In this document: in pieces, positions 28,808 to 40,000 of the stretch | How positions within the stretch are numbered: the first letter of the stretch is position 1 | Layout: every line of letters starts with the position of its first letter | Source: a virus | Virus record (IMG/VR): IMGVR_UViG_3300021364_003460 | Span: 64,001 to 128,000 of that record | DNA length: 64,000 bases | Reading direction: 5' to 3' (one strand) | The notes under the pieces: generated by a model | The model's input: only the letters and a program-made list of their open reading frames with translations | Database searches by the model: none | Told to the model about the DNA's origin: nothing | Made by a program: the position numbers and the translations under genes

Positions 28808-29183
28808 ACTATTTATAGATTCTTTCTCTTACTTTGAGAAGAAAGAGTTGACTATACCAGAAGCTCTTAAAGTTACCGATATCTTATTGCTAAGTATAAA
28901 TGTAAATACTTCTAAGTCAGATGAGTTTACTTCTTATCTAGATAACTTTATTGAGTTAAACAAACTATTGTCTAATCACTTTCCTAACCTTACAGAAAAG
29001 GAAACAGAGATGTTAGATAACAGTAGGTATGAGTTAGTAAAAACATTAAAGGAAGAAAAGAAACCAGAGGCTTTAGCTAAGATTAAAGAAAGAAGATTAG
29101 AACTTTATAATAAACATCATTCAGAGTTAGTTAGTAAAGTCAAAGAATACAAAAATGAATTAACCAATATTAAAGCAGCATAG
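28788..29183 (+). CDS. hypothetical protein ending in -KAA
   Basis: 131-aa ORF. Confidence 0.6.
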   Translation: MSSLLNKLFIDSFSYFEKKELTIPEALKVTDILLLSINVNTSKSDEFTSYLDNFIELNKLLSNHFPNLTEKETEMLDNSRYELVKTLKEEKKPEALAKIKERRLELYNKHHSELVSKVKEYKNELTNIKAA

Positions 29184-29192
29184 AGGAGCATA

Positions 29193-29534
29193 ATGAATGA
29201 CCAGTTTAAACAATTAGTAAATACAGATGAGAGAGTAATAAAAGGTAAACTACCTGTATTACAAAAGTCCAATGACCCAGATCACTATGAAAGGAGAAAG
29301 CAACAGAGAGCTATTACTGAGGAAATGGTAGCTTTATGTCTATCTTATGGTGAAAAGAAAAGGATTAGAGGCGCATTGACTTATACTATTCTAGATAAAA
29401 ACTTGAAAGATACTAGATACCAAAAGTACCTATCTGAATTAAGGGGGTTAAGAGTTGTTTTAAATAAGTTAAATGAAGATTCCTTATTAGGTATCCATAC
29501 AGTTTACTGGGTAGACTCTGTTAGAAAGAAGTAA
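29193..29534 (+). CDS. DUF4258/BrnT-like small protein
   Basis: H...R..QRAIT...V...L.YG...LRVV...IHTVY; GGAG RBS. Confidence 0.5.
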   Translation: MNDQFKQLVNTDERVIKGKLPVLQKSNDPDHYERRKQQRAITEEMVALCLSYGEKKRIRGALTYTILDKNLKDTRYQKYLSELRGLRVVLNKLNEDSLLGIHTVYWVDSVRKK

Positions 29535-29551
29535 AATATATTACTACTATT

Positions 29552-30124
29552 ATGCCTACTATTATTTCTATTGACCCTGGAGCTAAAGGTTTTATTACTG
29601 TATTAGAATTAGTAAAACAATATCCTGTTGAGTGTATTCCTATTCCCACTATTAAAATAAAGATTAATAAAAGAAATAGAACTAAAATTGATGAGGATAT
29701 GTTATCTAAACAGTTACATATATTAGTAGACAAATACAGACCTATTGAAATAGTTATTGAAAAACAGCAAGTTATCTCAGGCAGTAAAAATAATAAAGGT
29801 GAAATAGTTAATCAAGGTATAGTTTCATCTGCTTCTACTATGGAACACTTTGGTTGGTTAAAAGGTTTTTGTGATGGTAAACAAATTAAGAGAACTGTAG
29901 TAGCTGCTAAAACCTGGCAGACTATATATCCAGAGTATGTAAAGAAAGCAGACAAAGTAACAACTAAAGATAAAAGTAAACTGTATTGCTCTATTTTATT
30001 TCCTGACTTAGACCTTAAAAAGTCTGCTAGAAGTAAAGTAGTTAGTGATGGTAAAACAGATAGCATTCTTATTGGAGTATGGAGAGCAAGACAACTTCAG
30101 TTAGATAACCAAATAGCAGCTTAG
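29552..30124 (+). CDS. ruvC: RuvC-like Holliday junction resolvase
   Basis: ISIDPG, VIEKQ, DGKTDSILIG. Confidence 0.85.
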   Translation: MPTIISIDPGAKGFITVLELVKQYPVECIPIPTIKIKINKRNRTKIDEDMLSKQLHILVDKYRPIEIVIEKQQVISGSKNNKGEIVNQGIVSSASTMEHFGWLKGFCDGKQIKRTVVAAKTWQTIYPEYVKKADKVTTKDKSKLYCSILFPDLDLKKSARSKVVSDGKTDSILIGVWRARQLQLDNQIAA

Positions 30125-30154
30125 TGTAAACAGCTCAATAAAACTAAATAACAA

Positions 30155-31306
30155 ATGAATATTACTAAGAAAGTAGTTCAGTTAGATAATAAACCTGAGA
30201 TGTATTCAGTTTCCAAGCTTAAAAAGTTTGGTGAATGTAGTCAAGCATATAAGTATACTTACATTGATAAAATTAAAGTATTTAGTCAATCTAACTCAAC
30301 TATTATAGGTTCTTTATTACATGACTCTTTAGAAATCTATTTACACTCAGATAACTCTTTACCTTTTATAGAAGTATTTGAGGAGCAATCTAAAAAGACT
30401 TTTATTAAAAGAAAGTACATTGTAGAAAACCTGGAAGAGGCTACTCTTAATAGACTTTATACTCAGTTAGTAGATTACTCTAGAGACATTAGAACTTTAC
30501 ATTACAGAGCTAGTGCTAACTACACTGGAAAGAATGCTATTAGGACTGCTAAAGGTGATGTACCTTCTAATCCTATGATGACTAGTGGTTGGAAACAGGC
30601 TGCTAAGAATCTTAATTTAGAGAGTAGGTATGAGGCTTTAAAAGAACAGTTTACTTTTATATCCAACTTACCTGAGATTGATTTAGTAGAAGCCTTTACT
30701 GAAGCTTACACACTAGCCTGCAATTATGAAACTCCAGTAGAGATAGTAGAAACTTTACATTTAGAGTTTCCATTATCAGATTACAACTATGAAACTAAAG
30801 AGTTTACTAACCCTGTGTTAATGCCAGATGAGTATGGTGGAGATTCAGGTATCTATCTTAATGGTTACATTGACTGGGTAGGTTATGTTAACTTTCAAGG
30901 TAAAAAGAGGTTTGCTCTTATAGATTACAAAACTAGTAAAGAGAACCTTACTGAAGATAAGTTAGAGTATCATGCTCAATTGTTAGCTTATGTTTATGCA
31001 GTGGAGAAACTATTAGGAATTGAAGTAGAAGTTATTGGGGTTCACTCTCTCAGACATAAGAAGTTAGCTTTAACTTTAGTTGATAGAGAGATACTGCAAG
31101 AAGCTAACAGAAGTCTATTTAGTAAACATAAAAAGATAGCTGCCTGTCAGTTTGAAAAAGATCATTTACCTGATAGCCAATACTCCCCATGTCTAAATAG
31201 TTTTTCCAGAGAATGCCCATACTTGTCACTCTGTTATCCTAAAATCTATAACAAATTACATCCTGAATCTTTAGCTAACCAATTAGAAAGTTTACTGGCT
31301 TCTTAG
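30155..31306 (+). CDS. PD-(D/E)XK exonuclease (RecB/Cas4-like)
   Basis: YSVSKLK.F.EC, GSLLH, GYIDWV, IDYKTS, QL.AY, C...ECPY...C. Confidence 0.85.
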   Translation: MNITKKVVQLDNKPEMYSVSKLKKFGECSQAYKYTYIDKIKVFSQSNSTIIGSLLHDSLEIYLHSDNSLPFIEVFEEQSKKTFIKRKYIVENLEEATLNRLYTQLVDYSRDIRTLHYRASANYTGKNAIRTAKGDVPSNPMMTSGWKQAAKNLNLESRYEALKEQFTFISNLPEIDLVEAFTEAYTLACNYETPVEIVETLHLEFPLSDYNYETKEFTNPVLMPDEYGGDSGIYLNGYIDWVGYVNFQGKKRFALIDYKTSKENLTEDKLEYHAQLLAYVYAVEKLLGIEVEVIGVHSLRHKKLALTLVDREILQEANRSLFSKHKKIAACQFEKDHLPDSQYSPCLNSFSRECPYLSLCYPKIYNKLHPESLANQLESLLAS

Positions 31307-31381
31307 AAATGCTCACTTTATACTAGTATTTTATAGACATTTAATGCCTACTTAATATACACTTTAGTAATATTAATAATA

Positions 31382-31401
31382 TTATTTTAAAGTTTATATT
31401 A
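31382..31401 (+). promoter_or_regulatory. 20-nt motif TTATTTTAAAGTTTATATTA, copy 1
   Basis: identical copy at 33366-33385; both immediately upstream of start codons. Confidence 0.5.
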
Positions 31402-31404
31402 AGA

Positions 31405-31797
31405 ATGGCTAAACCTAATCCAGTATTGAATACTTTTATGAAGTATTTACGTTCAGAGTTTCCTGAACAAGGTAATTTAGATTTGAGTAATGTCTTAGAT
31501 GAAAACTTAAGTAGAGTAAAATTTACTTATCTTGAAGTTAAAGAAGCAATGTTAAAGTTCAAGACAGTAGACCCTGATTTACATAGGTTGCTGGCTTATT
31601 TTTGGCAGAGTACAAGAAGTAGAAATGCTATTGCAGAAGCCTTACACTTTGATCCTTCTACAGTTAAACGTAGAGCTAACAAAGGTATGGGAATCATATT
31701 GAACTATCTAGTAAATAGTGAAGTGACTGCTGACTTAGAACCTATTGATATCTACTGGATTGAAGCTAAAAAAAATGGTACTCTAGCTAACGCTTAG
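31405..31797 (+). CDS. sigma region 4-like HTH transcription regulator
   Basis: RLL..FW...SRNAIAEALHFDPSTVKRRANKG. Confidence 0.65.
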   Translation: MAKPNPVLNTFMKYLRSEFPEQGNLDLSNVLDENLSRVKFTYLEVKEAMLKFKTVDPDLHRLLAYFWQSTRSRNAIAEALHFDPSTVKRRANKGMGIILNYLVNSEVTADLEPIDIYWIEAKKNGTLANA

Positions 31798-31822
31798 AAA
31801 GTAATTAAATAAAACAAAGGAA

Positions 31823-31855
31823 AGGAAGTCTTCTGTAAAGTTGGCTTCCTATTTT
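31823..31855 (+). terminator. intrinsic terminator-like hairpin
   Basis: AGGAAGTC...GGCTTCCT then ATTTT. Confidence 0.45.
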
Positions 31856-31877
31856 AATATTTATTAGAGAATAAAAT

Positions 31878-32918
31878 ATGACAACAGAAAGCTTAAACTT
31901 AGCAACTATTGAGGTTATTGAAGATATCTTTCCTCACCCTGACCCTGAAGTAGAAAGATTAGAGATTGCTAAAGTTCTCAATTTTACTTGTGTAGTAAGT
32001 AAAGGTAGTTTTAAGAAAGGAGACTTATGTATTCTTATTCAACCTGATAGTGTGCTGCCTGATGCTGAGTGGACTGAACCTTACAAGAAGTTTTGTAAGA
32101 CAAGAATTAGAGCTACTAAAATCAGGGGGTTTGTTAGCTTTGGAGTAGTAGAAAAACTAAACTTAATAGCACCTTCCTCAGTCAAAGGATTTTGGAATGA
32201 AACAGAATGGTTAGAAAGCTGTTATAAAAATAATATAGGATTAGATGTTACTAACTTATTAGGTATTACTAAATATGAACCCCCAGCAGGTAATGAGTTA
32301 GGAGCTAAAGGAAATTTACCATTTAGTATAATTAAGAGTTCAGAAACACTATGGCAGAATGTTAGAAGCCTAGATAAGTATATTGGGCAGATTGTAGATA
32401 TTTCTCTAAAAATAGATGGTGAGGCAGCAGCCTACTTCTATAAAGATGACCAGTTTGGTGTGTTAAGTAGAGGAGTAGAATATGATCCTGAAGTAAATAA
32501 TAAATATACTTCTCACATAGGTAGATATAATTTGTACTCTAAATTAGCTTCCTACTGTGAAACTCACAAAGTTAACTTATGTTTAAGAGGAGAATCCTAT
32601 GGACAAAGTATTCAAAACAGACCACTCAATCCTCACTCTAAGCTACCCCTTAACATAGCTTTCTACTCTGTATGGCTTATTGATGAAATGAGATATGCAG
32701 GTAAAGGAGAAAAGCATTACTTTGTAGATGTCTGTAAAGAGCTGGGCTTGCCAACTGTTGATATCTTAGAAGAAGATGTTGAGTTAACTTATGATTTGAT
32801 TAAGAAGTATGATGAGCATTTAGAGAAAGTGAATGGTCAACCTTTTGAAGGTGTAGTAGTTAAGGGGGCTGACTTTAGCTTTAAGATTATTAATAAACAT
32901 TATGATAGCAAGAAGTAA
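31878..32918 (+). CDS. ATP-dependent RNA ligase (DRB0094/Rnl2-like)
   Basis: N-terminal PHPD..RLEIAKV module, motif I KIDG, LRGE, EGVVV, FKIIN. Confidence 0.85.
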   Translation: MTTESLNLATIEVIEDIFPHPDPEVERLEIAKVLNFTCVVSKGSFKKGDLCILIQPDSVLPDAEWTEPYKKFCKTRIRATKIRGFVSFGVVEKLNLIAPSSVKGFWNETEWLESCYKNNIGLDVTNLLGITKYEPPAGNELGAKGNLPFSIIKSSETLWQNVRSLDKYIGQIVDISLKIDGEAAAYFYKDDQFGVLSRGVEYDPEVNNKYTSHIGRYNLYSKLASYCETHKVNLCLRGESYGQSIQNRPLNPHSKLPLNIAFYSVWLIDEMRYAGKGEKHYFVDVCKELGLPTVDILEEDVELTYDLIKKYDEHLEKVNGQPFEGVVVKGADFSFKIINKHYDSKK

Positions 32919-32920
32919 AT

Positions 32921-33286
32921 ATGTTTAAGCTATATACGCCAACAAGTAAAATCATAGCAGAATTATATGATTTTACTATAGAAGCTAAACCTACTACTAG
33001 TAACTTTAAGTACCTACCGTTTGCTTTAGTTTCAGAAAACTTACATTCTGAGTTAACTGAAGATATTAATATTAATAATTGCACTTTAGAACTTCCTTAT
33101 ACCGTAGATATCTTTAATAAATATTTTAGTAAACGCTGGAATAACTTTGAGGATAGAAATGACTTTAATACAATGGTTTTAAACCTAAGTATTAAGTTAC
33201 TTGTTTTTACAAAGTTATTTCCTGGTAGAAAAGTTAAATATCAATATAGACTAGAAGGTATAGTTTATTCAATAAGTTTAAAATAA
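32921..33286 (+). CDS. hypothetical protein
   Basis: 121-aa ORF. Confidence 0.6.
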   Translation: MFKLYTPTSKIIAELYDFTIEAKPTTSNFKYLPFALVSENLHSELTEDININNCTLELPYTVDIFNKYFSKRWNNFEDRNDFNTMVLNLSIKLLVFTKLFPGRKVKYQYRLEGIVYSISLK

Positions 33287-33289
33287 TTA

Positions 33290-33345
33290 AGAAAGCTGGC
33301 TAATTGGTAGCCTAATCTATCTGAGTTCAACTCTCAGGCTTTCTA
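33290..33345 (+). ncRNA. tRNA-like RNA lacking the anticodon arm
   Basis: 7-bp acceptor AGAAAGC/GCTTTCT plus unpaired A; D-like hairpin GGCTA-ATTGG-TAGCC; 8-nt linker; T arm CTGAG-TTCAACT-CTCAG; no encoded CCA. Confidence 0.6.
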
Positions 33346-33351
33346 TTTTAA

Positions 33352-33385
33352 TGATATAATATAAGTTATTTTAAAGTTTATATTA
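33352..33385 (+). promoter_or_regulatory. extended -10 promoter plus 20-nt motif copy 2
   Basis: TG-A-TATAAT at 33352-33360 then TTATTTTAAAGTTTATATTA at 33366-33385. Confidence 0.55.
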
Positions 33386-33392
33386 TATTTAC

Positions 33393-34097
33393 ATGACAAC
33401 TGAATACACTAATATAGTTCAGCTAGGTAACAGACTAGTTAATGAACTTAAGTTTTTTTTTGAAAATAAGAATCTAGTTGGCACTAAAGAAGCAAATTAC
33501 ATTATTGAATCTTTTGAAGAGTTTATTGAACAGCTATCTAATCCTATAGTTAGTCAGGAGTTAGATAATTATAAACTCTCTATTCAGAATCCTATTGAGA
33601 AGTTTGGTTTAGTAGAGGAAGTAGTTAAGTGCATTGAAGAAGGTAAAGACAATAAAGAGATAGCTGAAGGGTTAGCTCTTAGAGGACTACCTATTGAGTC
33701 TAAACATATATCTTCCTTTAAGAAAGAATATGAAAAAGCTGATATATTAGCTAAAATAGATAAATCTAACTCTAGTATCTTTGATACTGAAGTTCAATTA
33801 CAAATGATATTTGATACTCTACAAAATCAATTACAAGAGTTGGAGTATGCTGATGAAGAAATGTTACTTAGAGCTAGAACTACTAAGTATTCTTTAAAAA
33901 CAGAAACCTTAAGAGAGATTAGAATGGCAGCCAAAGATGCTAAAGAGTTAGCTGAAGCTGTGCTTAATCTACAGAATACTAAGAAGTTCAATCAAATAGT
34001 ATTAGAAACAGTTAATAAAGAATGTGGTCCAGTTGTCTTTAATAAAGTAGTAACTGAACTTAGGAAGCAGAAACTAATGTTTAACTTTACTCTTTAA
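33393..34097 (+). CDS. hypothetical HTH + coiled-coil protein (possibly small-terminase-like)
   Basis: KDNKEIAEGLALRG..I HTH-like segment followed by long helices. Confidence 0.45.
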   Translation: MTTEYTNIVQLGNRLVNELKFFFENKNLVGTKEANYIIESFEEFIEQLSNPIVSQELDNYKLSIQNPIEKFGLVEEVVKCIEEGKDNKEIAEGLALRGLPIESKHISSFKKEYEKADILAKIDKSNSSIFDTEVQLQMIFDTLQNQLQELEYADEEMLLRARTTKYSLKTETLREIRMAAKDAKELAEAVLNLQNTKKFNQIVLETVNKECGPVVFNKVVTELRKQKLMFNFTL

Positions 34098-37000
34098 CTA
34101 TAACCAGGTTTAGAATTATAACTATTAATCATACCTCTAGTTACAGCTAACTGGAGGTTATTGTTTTCAGCTACCTTATTAGTAATAACTACTTTGTTAC
34201 CTACCTGTTCTCCTTTAACAGATTTAACTAATACAGGTTGAGTGTTATGCTGTAGAGCTACTTGATTAACTTGAGCATCTATAAAAGTATTTTTAACTTC
34301 ACTAGCATCAACTTGTACTTTAGTTTTGAGGTTAGCAGATGACTTGACTACAGTATTGTTAGATTGTTTAGCCAATGCTACTAAGTTAGCTTTTAGTTGA
34401 GTATTAGATTGCTTGTTACTTAGTCTATCTTTAGTATTCTTTTGTAAAGCTTGTAACTCAGACTGTCTACTAGCATCTGCACTACTTAGCTTTTGCTGGA
34501 TAGCGGGATCCCCCATTCTGAGTTGTACAGTAAGTGCTTTTAACTCTTTATAGTTTTCAGCAGACTGTATTACCTTATCCCAAGAGGCTGCACCTACAAC
34601 TACTTGATTGTAGTATTGAGACCTAATAGTAGCTTCTCTATCTATCAGTGAGTTAACTAAACTAAAGGTAGGTTTATTAAACATTCTAGCTTTAGGTTCT
34701 AACTCACCATAAGAGTTACCATAGAAAGTAGGATTAGCAAACAAACCTTTAGTTCTGTTACCTGTCCAGTCACCTGAAGCTTCTAGATACTTAGAGGAGT
34801 CATAGGCGATCGCCATCTGAGCAGTAGCCACATAGATAGGAGCTTTATCATCATAAAACTTGGTGAAGGCTAATGGCTGTTGTGAGTTAGTAGCAAAGAA
34901 GCCTCCTATATGTGGAATGTTAGATACCCAATCCATAAAGGGAGTTAGCAAGCCATTAGTCCATCTAGATATACCAGGAAAGATACTATGAACTAAAGCT
35001 GCTGTACTACCTGCTGCTAAACCTAATAAAGCTGCTGGAGCTAAAGCCATACCTGCCACACTAGCTAACAATAATACACCTAATCCTACACCTGCAAAAG
35101 TTATTATACTACCAGGAGAAGTAAGCTCTTTTAGTACAGGTACGCTGTTAACAAATCTATCAAAAGAAAGTAATGTTTGCCCAAAGAAGTTAGTAGTACC
35201 TTCATAAACTCTACCTACACCTCCAGTAATACTTCTCACTACATTAGTATTCCTAACATCATTCCAAGCTTCTCCTATAGCTTTACCTCCTGCAATTAAT
35301 CCTGCTATTGTAGTTAAAGTAACAGCAGCAAAAAAACCAGCTTTGCCAGGTTTTCTAGCAGCAGACTGTAATGCTGACTTACCTAAAGAGGGTAAAGTTT
35401 TCATAAATAACTTAGGTAGTCTGTTTAGTATTGTAATGTTTACAGCAGTACCAAACAAAGAACCAAAGACTACTTGACCAGTAGATTCAGCAGCAAAATT
35501 AATTTCACCTTCAGTAGCATAAGGGTCTGACTCTAAAGCAGCTAGTCTATTAAAAGAAGTAAAGATATCTAAGGACTCCATACCACTAGAGAATATTGCT
35601 ACTCCTTTTAAAGTATTCTCAAACCCACCAGCTAACATTGCAGTTCTTCTAACTTTAGGAATCTGCATTCTTTCTAAAGTATCTACTAAGGTAGCAGAAG
35701 GTTTACTAATTCCATCAGGTAAGTTTACTGTAGCTGCTCTAGGAGTTGATAACTGATTATGTCTACTAAAGAAGTTTCTGTGTCCTTGTACAAACTTAAA
35801 AGGTTTAACCATTTCTAAGATTGCATTTTTAACTCTAGCTCCATAACCTAAAGCATCTTCAGATTCTAAGTAAAGTAAGTTATTATCAAGTCTACTAGCA
35901 AAGGTATCTACAACTGATCTTATCTTGTGAGCTAGTAATTTAGATAGCTGCTCTCCTCTAGCTCCTTGTACTTTAGCCAATATATCTTCACCTAACTCTT
36001 TTGATTTGTGAATCTCTTCAGCTAAGAATTGGTCAACTGCTTGGTAAATTTCCTGTTTAAGTTTCCCTTTAACAGTCTCATCTATAGGTCTCATTATTGT
36101 CATATCTTCTAATAACTTAGTATCAGTTAGTAAATCTCCAAAAGATAAATTAGAACCAGGTTGCTGTGATGTAAAAGCTTCAAAGACACTATCAATATAG
36201 TCATCTACCATATTAGTAATTTGAGGTCTTAAAGTTTCAGTAACATACTTAAACCTGTCTGAGCCTATCCATTTAGGTTGATTTGGATTAGGACTGTTAA
36301 CATCATAGAACATATCTCCTGATATTCTAAATACCCTATTAACTACTTCTTCATGAGCTTTACCTATGCTAATCTGAACGTGCTGTAAGATTTCATTAAC
36401 TGCTTGTACTTCACTTTTGCCAGTTAAGTCAAATCCTTCAGGTAAGATAACTGCAAACTGTCTACCTCCTTTACCTTTAATTTGTACTCCCATTCTGTTA
36501 CCATCAACAGTTATCCTTTTATGGGCATGGAAGTTATAAACTTTAGCTGCACCTTCCTCACCTACAGTGGCAAACATATTTCTAAATCTATAAGTAGCCT
36601 CTTCAAATCTAGTTTCCATAGGTGAGAAAGCTAATGCTCCTAAGAAACCAGCACCCATTACTACTCCAGTAAGTGCTACTGCTCCTATAGCTCCAAACCT
36701 AATCATAGTAGGGAATGCTTCAGTCATTTTCCAAGCAGACTCAGCACCTTTCCATAAGATACCCCACCAAGGTTCAGATTTCATATTAGAAGTATCTAAC
36801 TGTAAGCTGCCTCCATAAGCTAACATCTCCCCAGGGTTATCCATTACACTAGGAGATATCTCTAAAGCTTTATCTTCAGTTTTAGTAACTTTTAAATCCG
36901 TTACATGTAATCTATTATTAGTAGCAAATATAGCCCTTAGTAATTTAGCTACTTGCTTAGTATCCATAGCTTCTAAAGCTGCTTTTTGGTGAGGATTTCT

Positions 37001-40000
37001 AGGGTCATGTGGAAATGCAGCTAATGGATTTCTAATGTCTACTACATTACTTAACTCTGTTAAACTATTGATGTCAAAAGGATCTGTACTTCTACTAAGT
37101 ATGTTTTCAGGGCGTTGATAAGCTAACTCATTAGACCTTCTTATTCTTAGCTGTAAAACATGACTTAGTATACTGTCTCCACTTACTAACTCTAATGTAG
37201 GGTCATTATAAGGAGTTGAATACTTTCTAGGTTTAGCTAGTGGAGATAACTGTGCTGTGGCTGATATAACAGCTAAACTACTTGCCATTAACTTAGTTTT
37301 ATTATCTGACTTCCTAGTATCTCTAATAGCTTTCTTCATGCCTTCTAAAACTAAAAAGTTATATTGAGAGTTAGGTGTCATTCCTAATTTAAAGAAGTAT
37401 TTAGGTAGCATTGAGTAGATAGCAAAAGAGGTATCTTGTAAAGCAGACTGAGTTTGAGCATATATTCTATACCTAATACCTTTGTCTCCTGAAGATAAGG
37501 TGATGCCAACACCAGGTAAAATAGACTGGAAAGGATTCTGTGGGCTTACTACAAAAGGAGCCATTATATCTTGTAGTGCTTTAGTAACCTTTTGCTGTTG
37601 AGGGTCATTAGGATTAAGTAATCTAAACCCCTTCTGACTAATCTGCATTCCCTTGTCATCTACAAAAATAGTTGTATCTATAGGTGAACCATTGTTTCTT
37701 TTATCTTGTCTAGTTACTAACCTAAAGATATTAGCTAAACCTTCCCCAAAAGTATTACCATCTAAAGAGTTGTAAAAAGCATCAGTAGCCTTCTGACCTG
37801 TACCACCTTCTGAAGCTACATAACCCCAACCTTGCATTAGATAACTAGCAGCTTTAGGTATTAAACCTAATCCTATTATAGATAGAGTAAAAAATCTCTT
37901 AGTTCTAGCTGCTGCAACTGACTTACCACCCTTCATGTTAATAAAGTCGGCTCTACTCCATAATGCTTGTAACCCTTTGTTTAGATTAGTATCAGAAACT
38001 ATAGTATCAATAGCATTAAGTTTAATACTGTTGATTTTGTTGACTGCATCATTCAGAACTACTTCTTCTTTTATAGAATCAGACAATTGAGCAGCAGTAA
38101 TACTACCTTTGTGCACATTACCTATATAACCTAATGTCTTTTCTAAATACTTATTAACATAGTCTCTTTGTAACCAGTTTTTGTAAGTGACATAAGAAGA
38201 CCTCAAATAATCTAAAGGGTTAAGATAGTTCTTAGCTCTGACCTTATTAATATAATTAGTTCCAGCAGTATACTCTTTTAGTATCTGTGCTGGAGACTTA
38301 CCAATGTCAGCTATTTCTAAAGCAGGTATACTTAGTGCAGCAAACCCTACCATAGTTATACTTTTCTTCAGCCAGTTACTCCTTTCATCTTCTAAAGGTC
38401 TGCCATCAGCACCTGTAGTAAGATAAGTGTCTTTATCCATGTTGATAGAAACACCAAAGGTAGAATCTGTAAGTAGCCATCCATAGGCAAAGGTAGCACC
38501 TACAGTAAGTATGTAGCCTAAATTCATCTTAGGTTTAATAGTTATGTTTTCTACAACTGAGGCTAACTTAGTTTTAATAGGGTTTAACTTACCAGGAATA
38601 TCTAATCCATCTAACCTATTAGAATACATACCAAAAGCTGCTGTACCCAGTAAAGTAGTACCTGCATAAACCTTTGTTTGAGTTTCATCATCTGCACCTA
38701 GAAACTTAGCACCTGTAGTAGCTAAAGGAGCAAATAGTAAAGCAGATACACCAAAAGACCTACCTATTTTACCTAGTGTAGTAGTTCCCTCTTTAAGAAT
38801 GTTTGCACTATTTTTTACTGTTAAACCTAACTCTTGTATTACTTTAGTTTGAAAGTTGAAGTGAGAAACAGCTAAATTAGCAGAGTAAACTGGAAATGAT
38901 ACTAAATCTTCAAACAATCCATAAGAAGTTTTAAATACAGATTTAACTATGTTAGAGGTGGCTTTTAGTTCACTTGTAAGAATACCATCTTTGTTAAGTA
39001 AGTTTATAAAAGGTAGCTTTAAGAAACCTTCCATGAGGCTAATAGTAGTGAGCATACTAGCAGTTAGCACCATTAAACTGCTGCCCATGTTACCAATAGC
39101 TCCAAGGAAACTTAGTATGTTGTCTTTACCATTGTTGTGAACTAATGCTCCTTTACCTCCTAAATGATTAGGTTTATCCCAATCAATCATTATAGGAAAT
39201 AGAAAACTAATGTTAGTACCTAGAATAGGTGCTGTTTGCTGACCAGCTTTAAACTCTAATGTACCTCCTCTTACTAAGTTACCCATTTCATCATACTGTC
39301 TACCTTTAGTAACCTCAGTTGCAAAGAACTGAAAGTAAGGAGTAGGTGACTGGTGAGCTATAACTCTAGTAACTTTATCCTTAATCTTAGGATCTACTAT
39401 AGGCATTGAAGATGTAATGAAACCTAATTGATAAAGTCCTGCTGCTTCTAATGGAGTGATGTTACCTGAGTTTAATCTATCTATAAGTTGTTTCTTTAGA
39501 GAAGTTAATTCTCCCATCACTCCTATATTCTCATTAAGGAGAGCATTACCTTTCTTACCTAATACAGCTTCACCTAACCAGGGTATAGATTGAAATACTT
39601 TCATAGCATTACTTACTACCCAAGGCGCAGCAGTCCTAGCAGCTAACATTGCTGTAGAAGTCCAGACCATCATAGGTAAGAAATTACCTTTAGGTCTGGC
39701 TGATAATAGTTTGTTTCCTTTAATGATTTTAGTAAGTATAGTTTTCTTTAATTGAGATACATTAGGATCAGCTTTAATCCTTTCCAAAGCTTCTGGCGCA
39801 TTAGTTCCTAATATATATCTATCTAAATTGGGAGACCTTAATGTTGCTATACTACCTACACCTGCTCCTACTGCTAATGAGAATGCAGAGTATCCTAAAG
39901 ATGCAGCTATTGAAGTGTAACCTCCTCCCCAACCAAATACTCTAGTAGGCTCAAAATCAGGAGTAAAATTATCATTTCTATGAGTTACTGCTACTATCAA

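Noticed and set aside
30155-31306. CRISPR-associated Cas4
   Set aside because: No repeat-spacer array or other cas genes; the replication context fits a phage exonuclease
33290-33345. Canonical tRNA gene
   Set aside because: No anticodon stem-loop and only 56 nt; kept as a tRNA-like element instead
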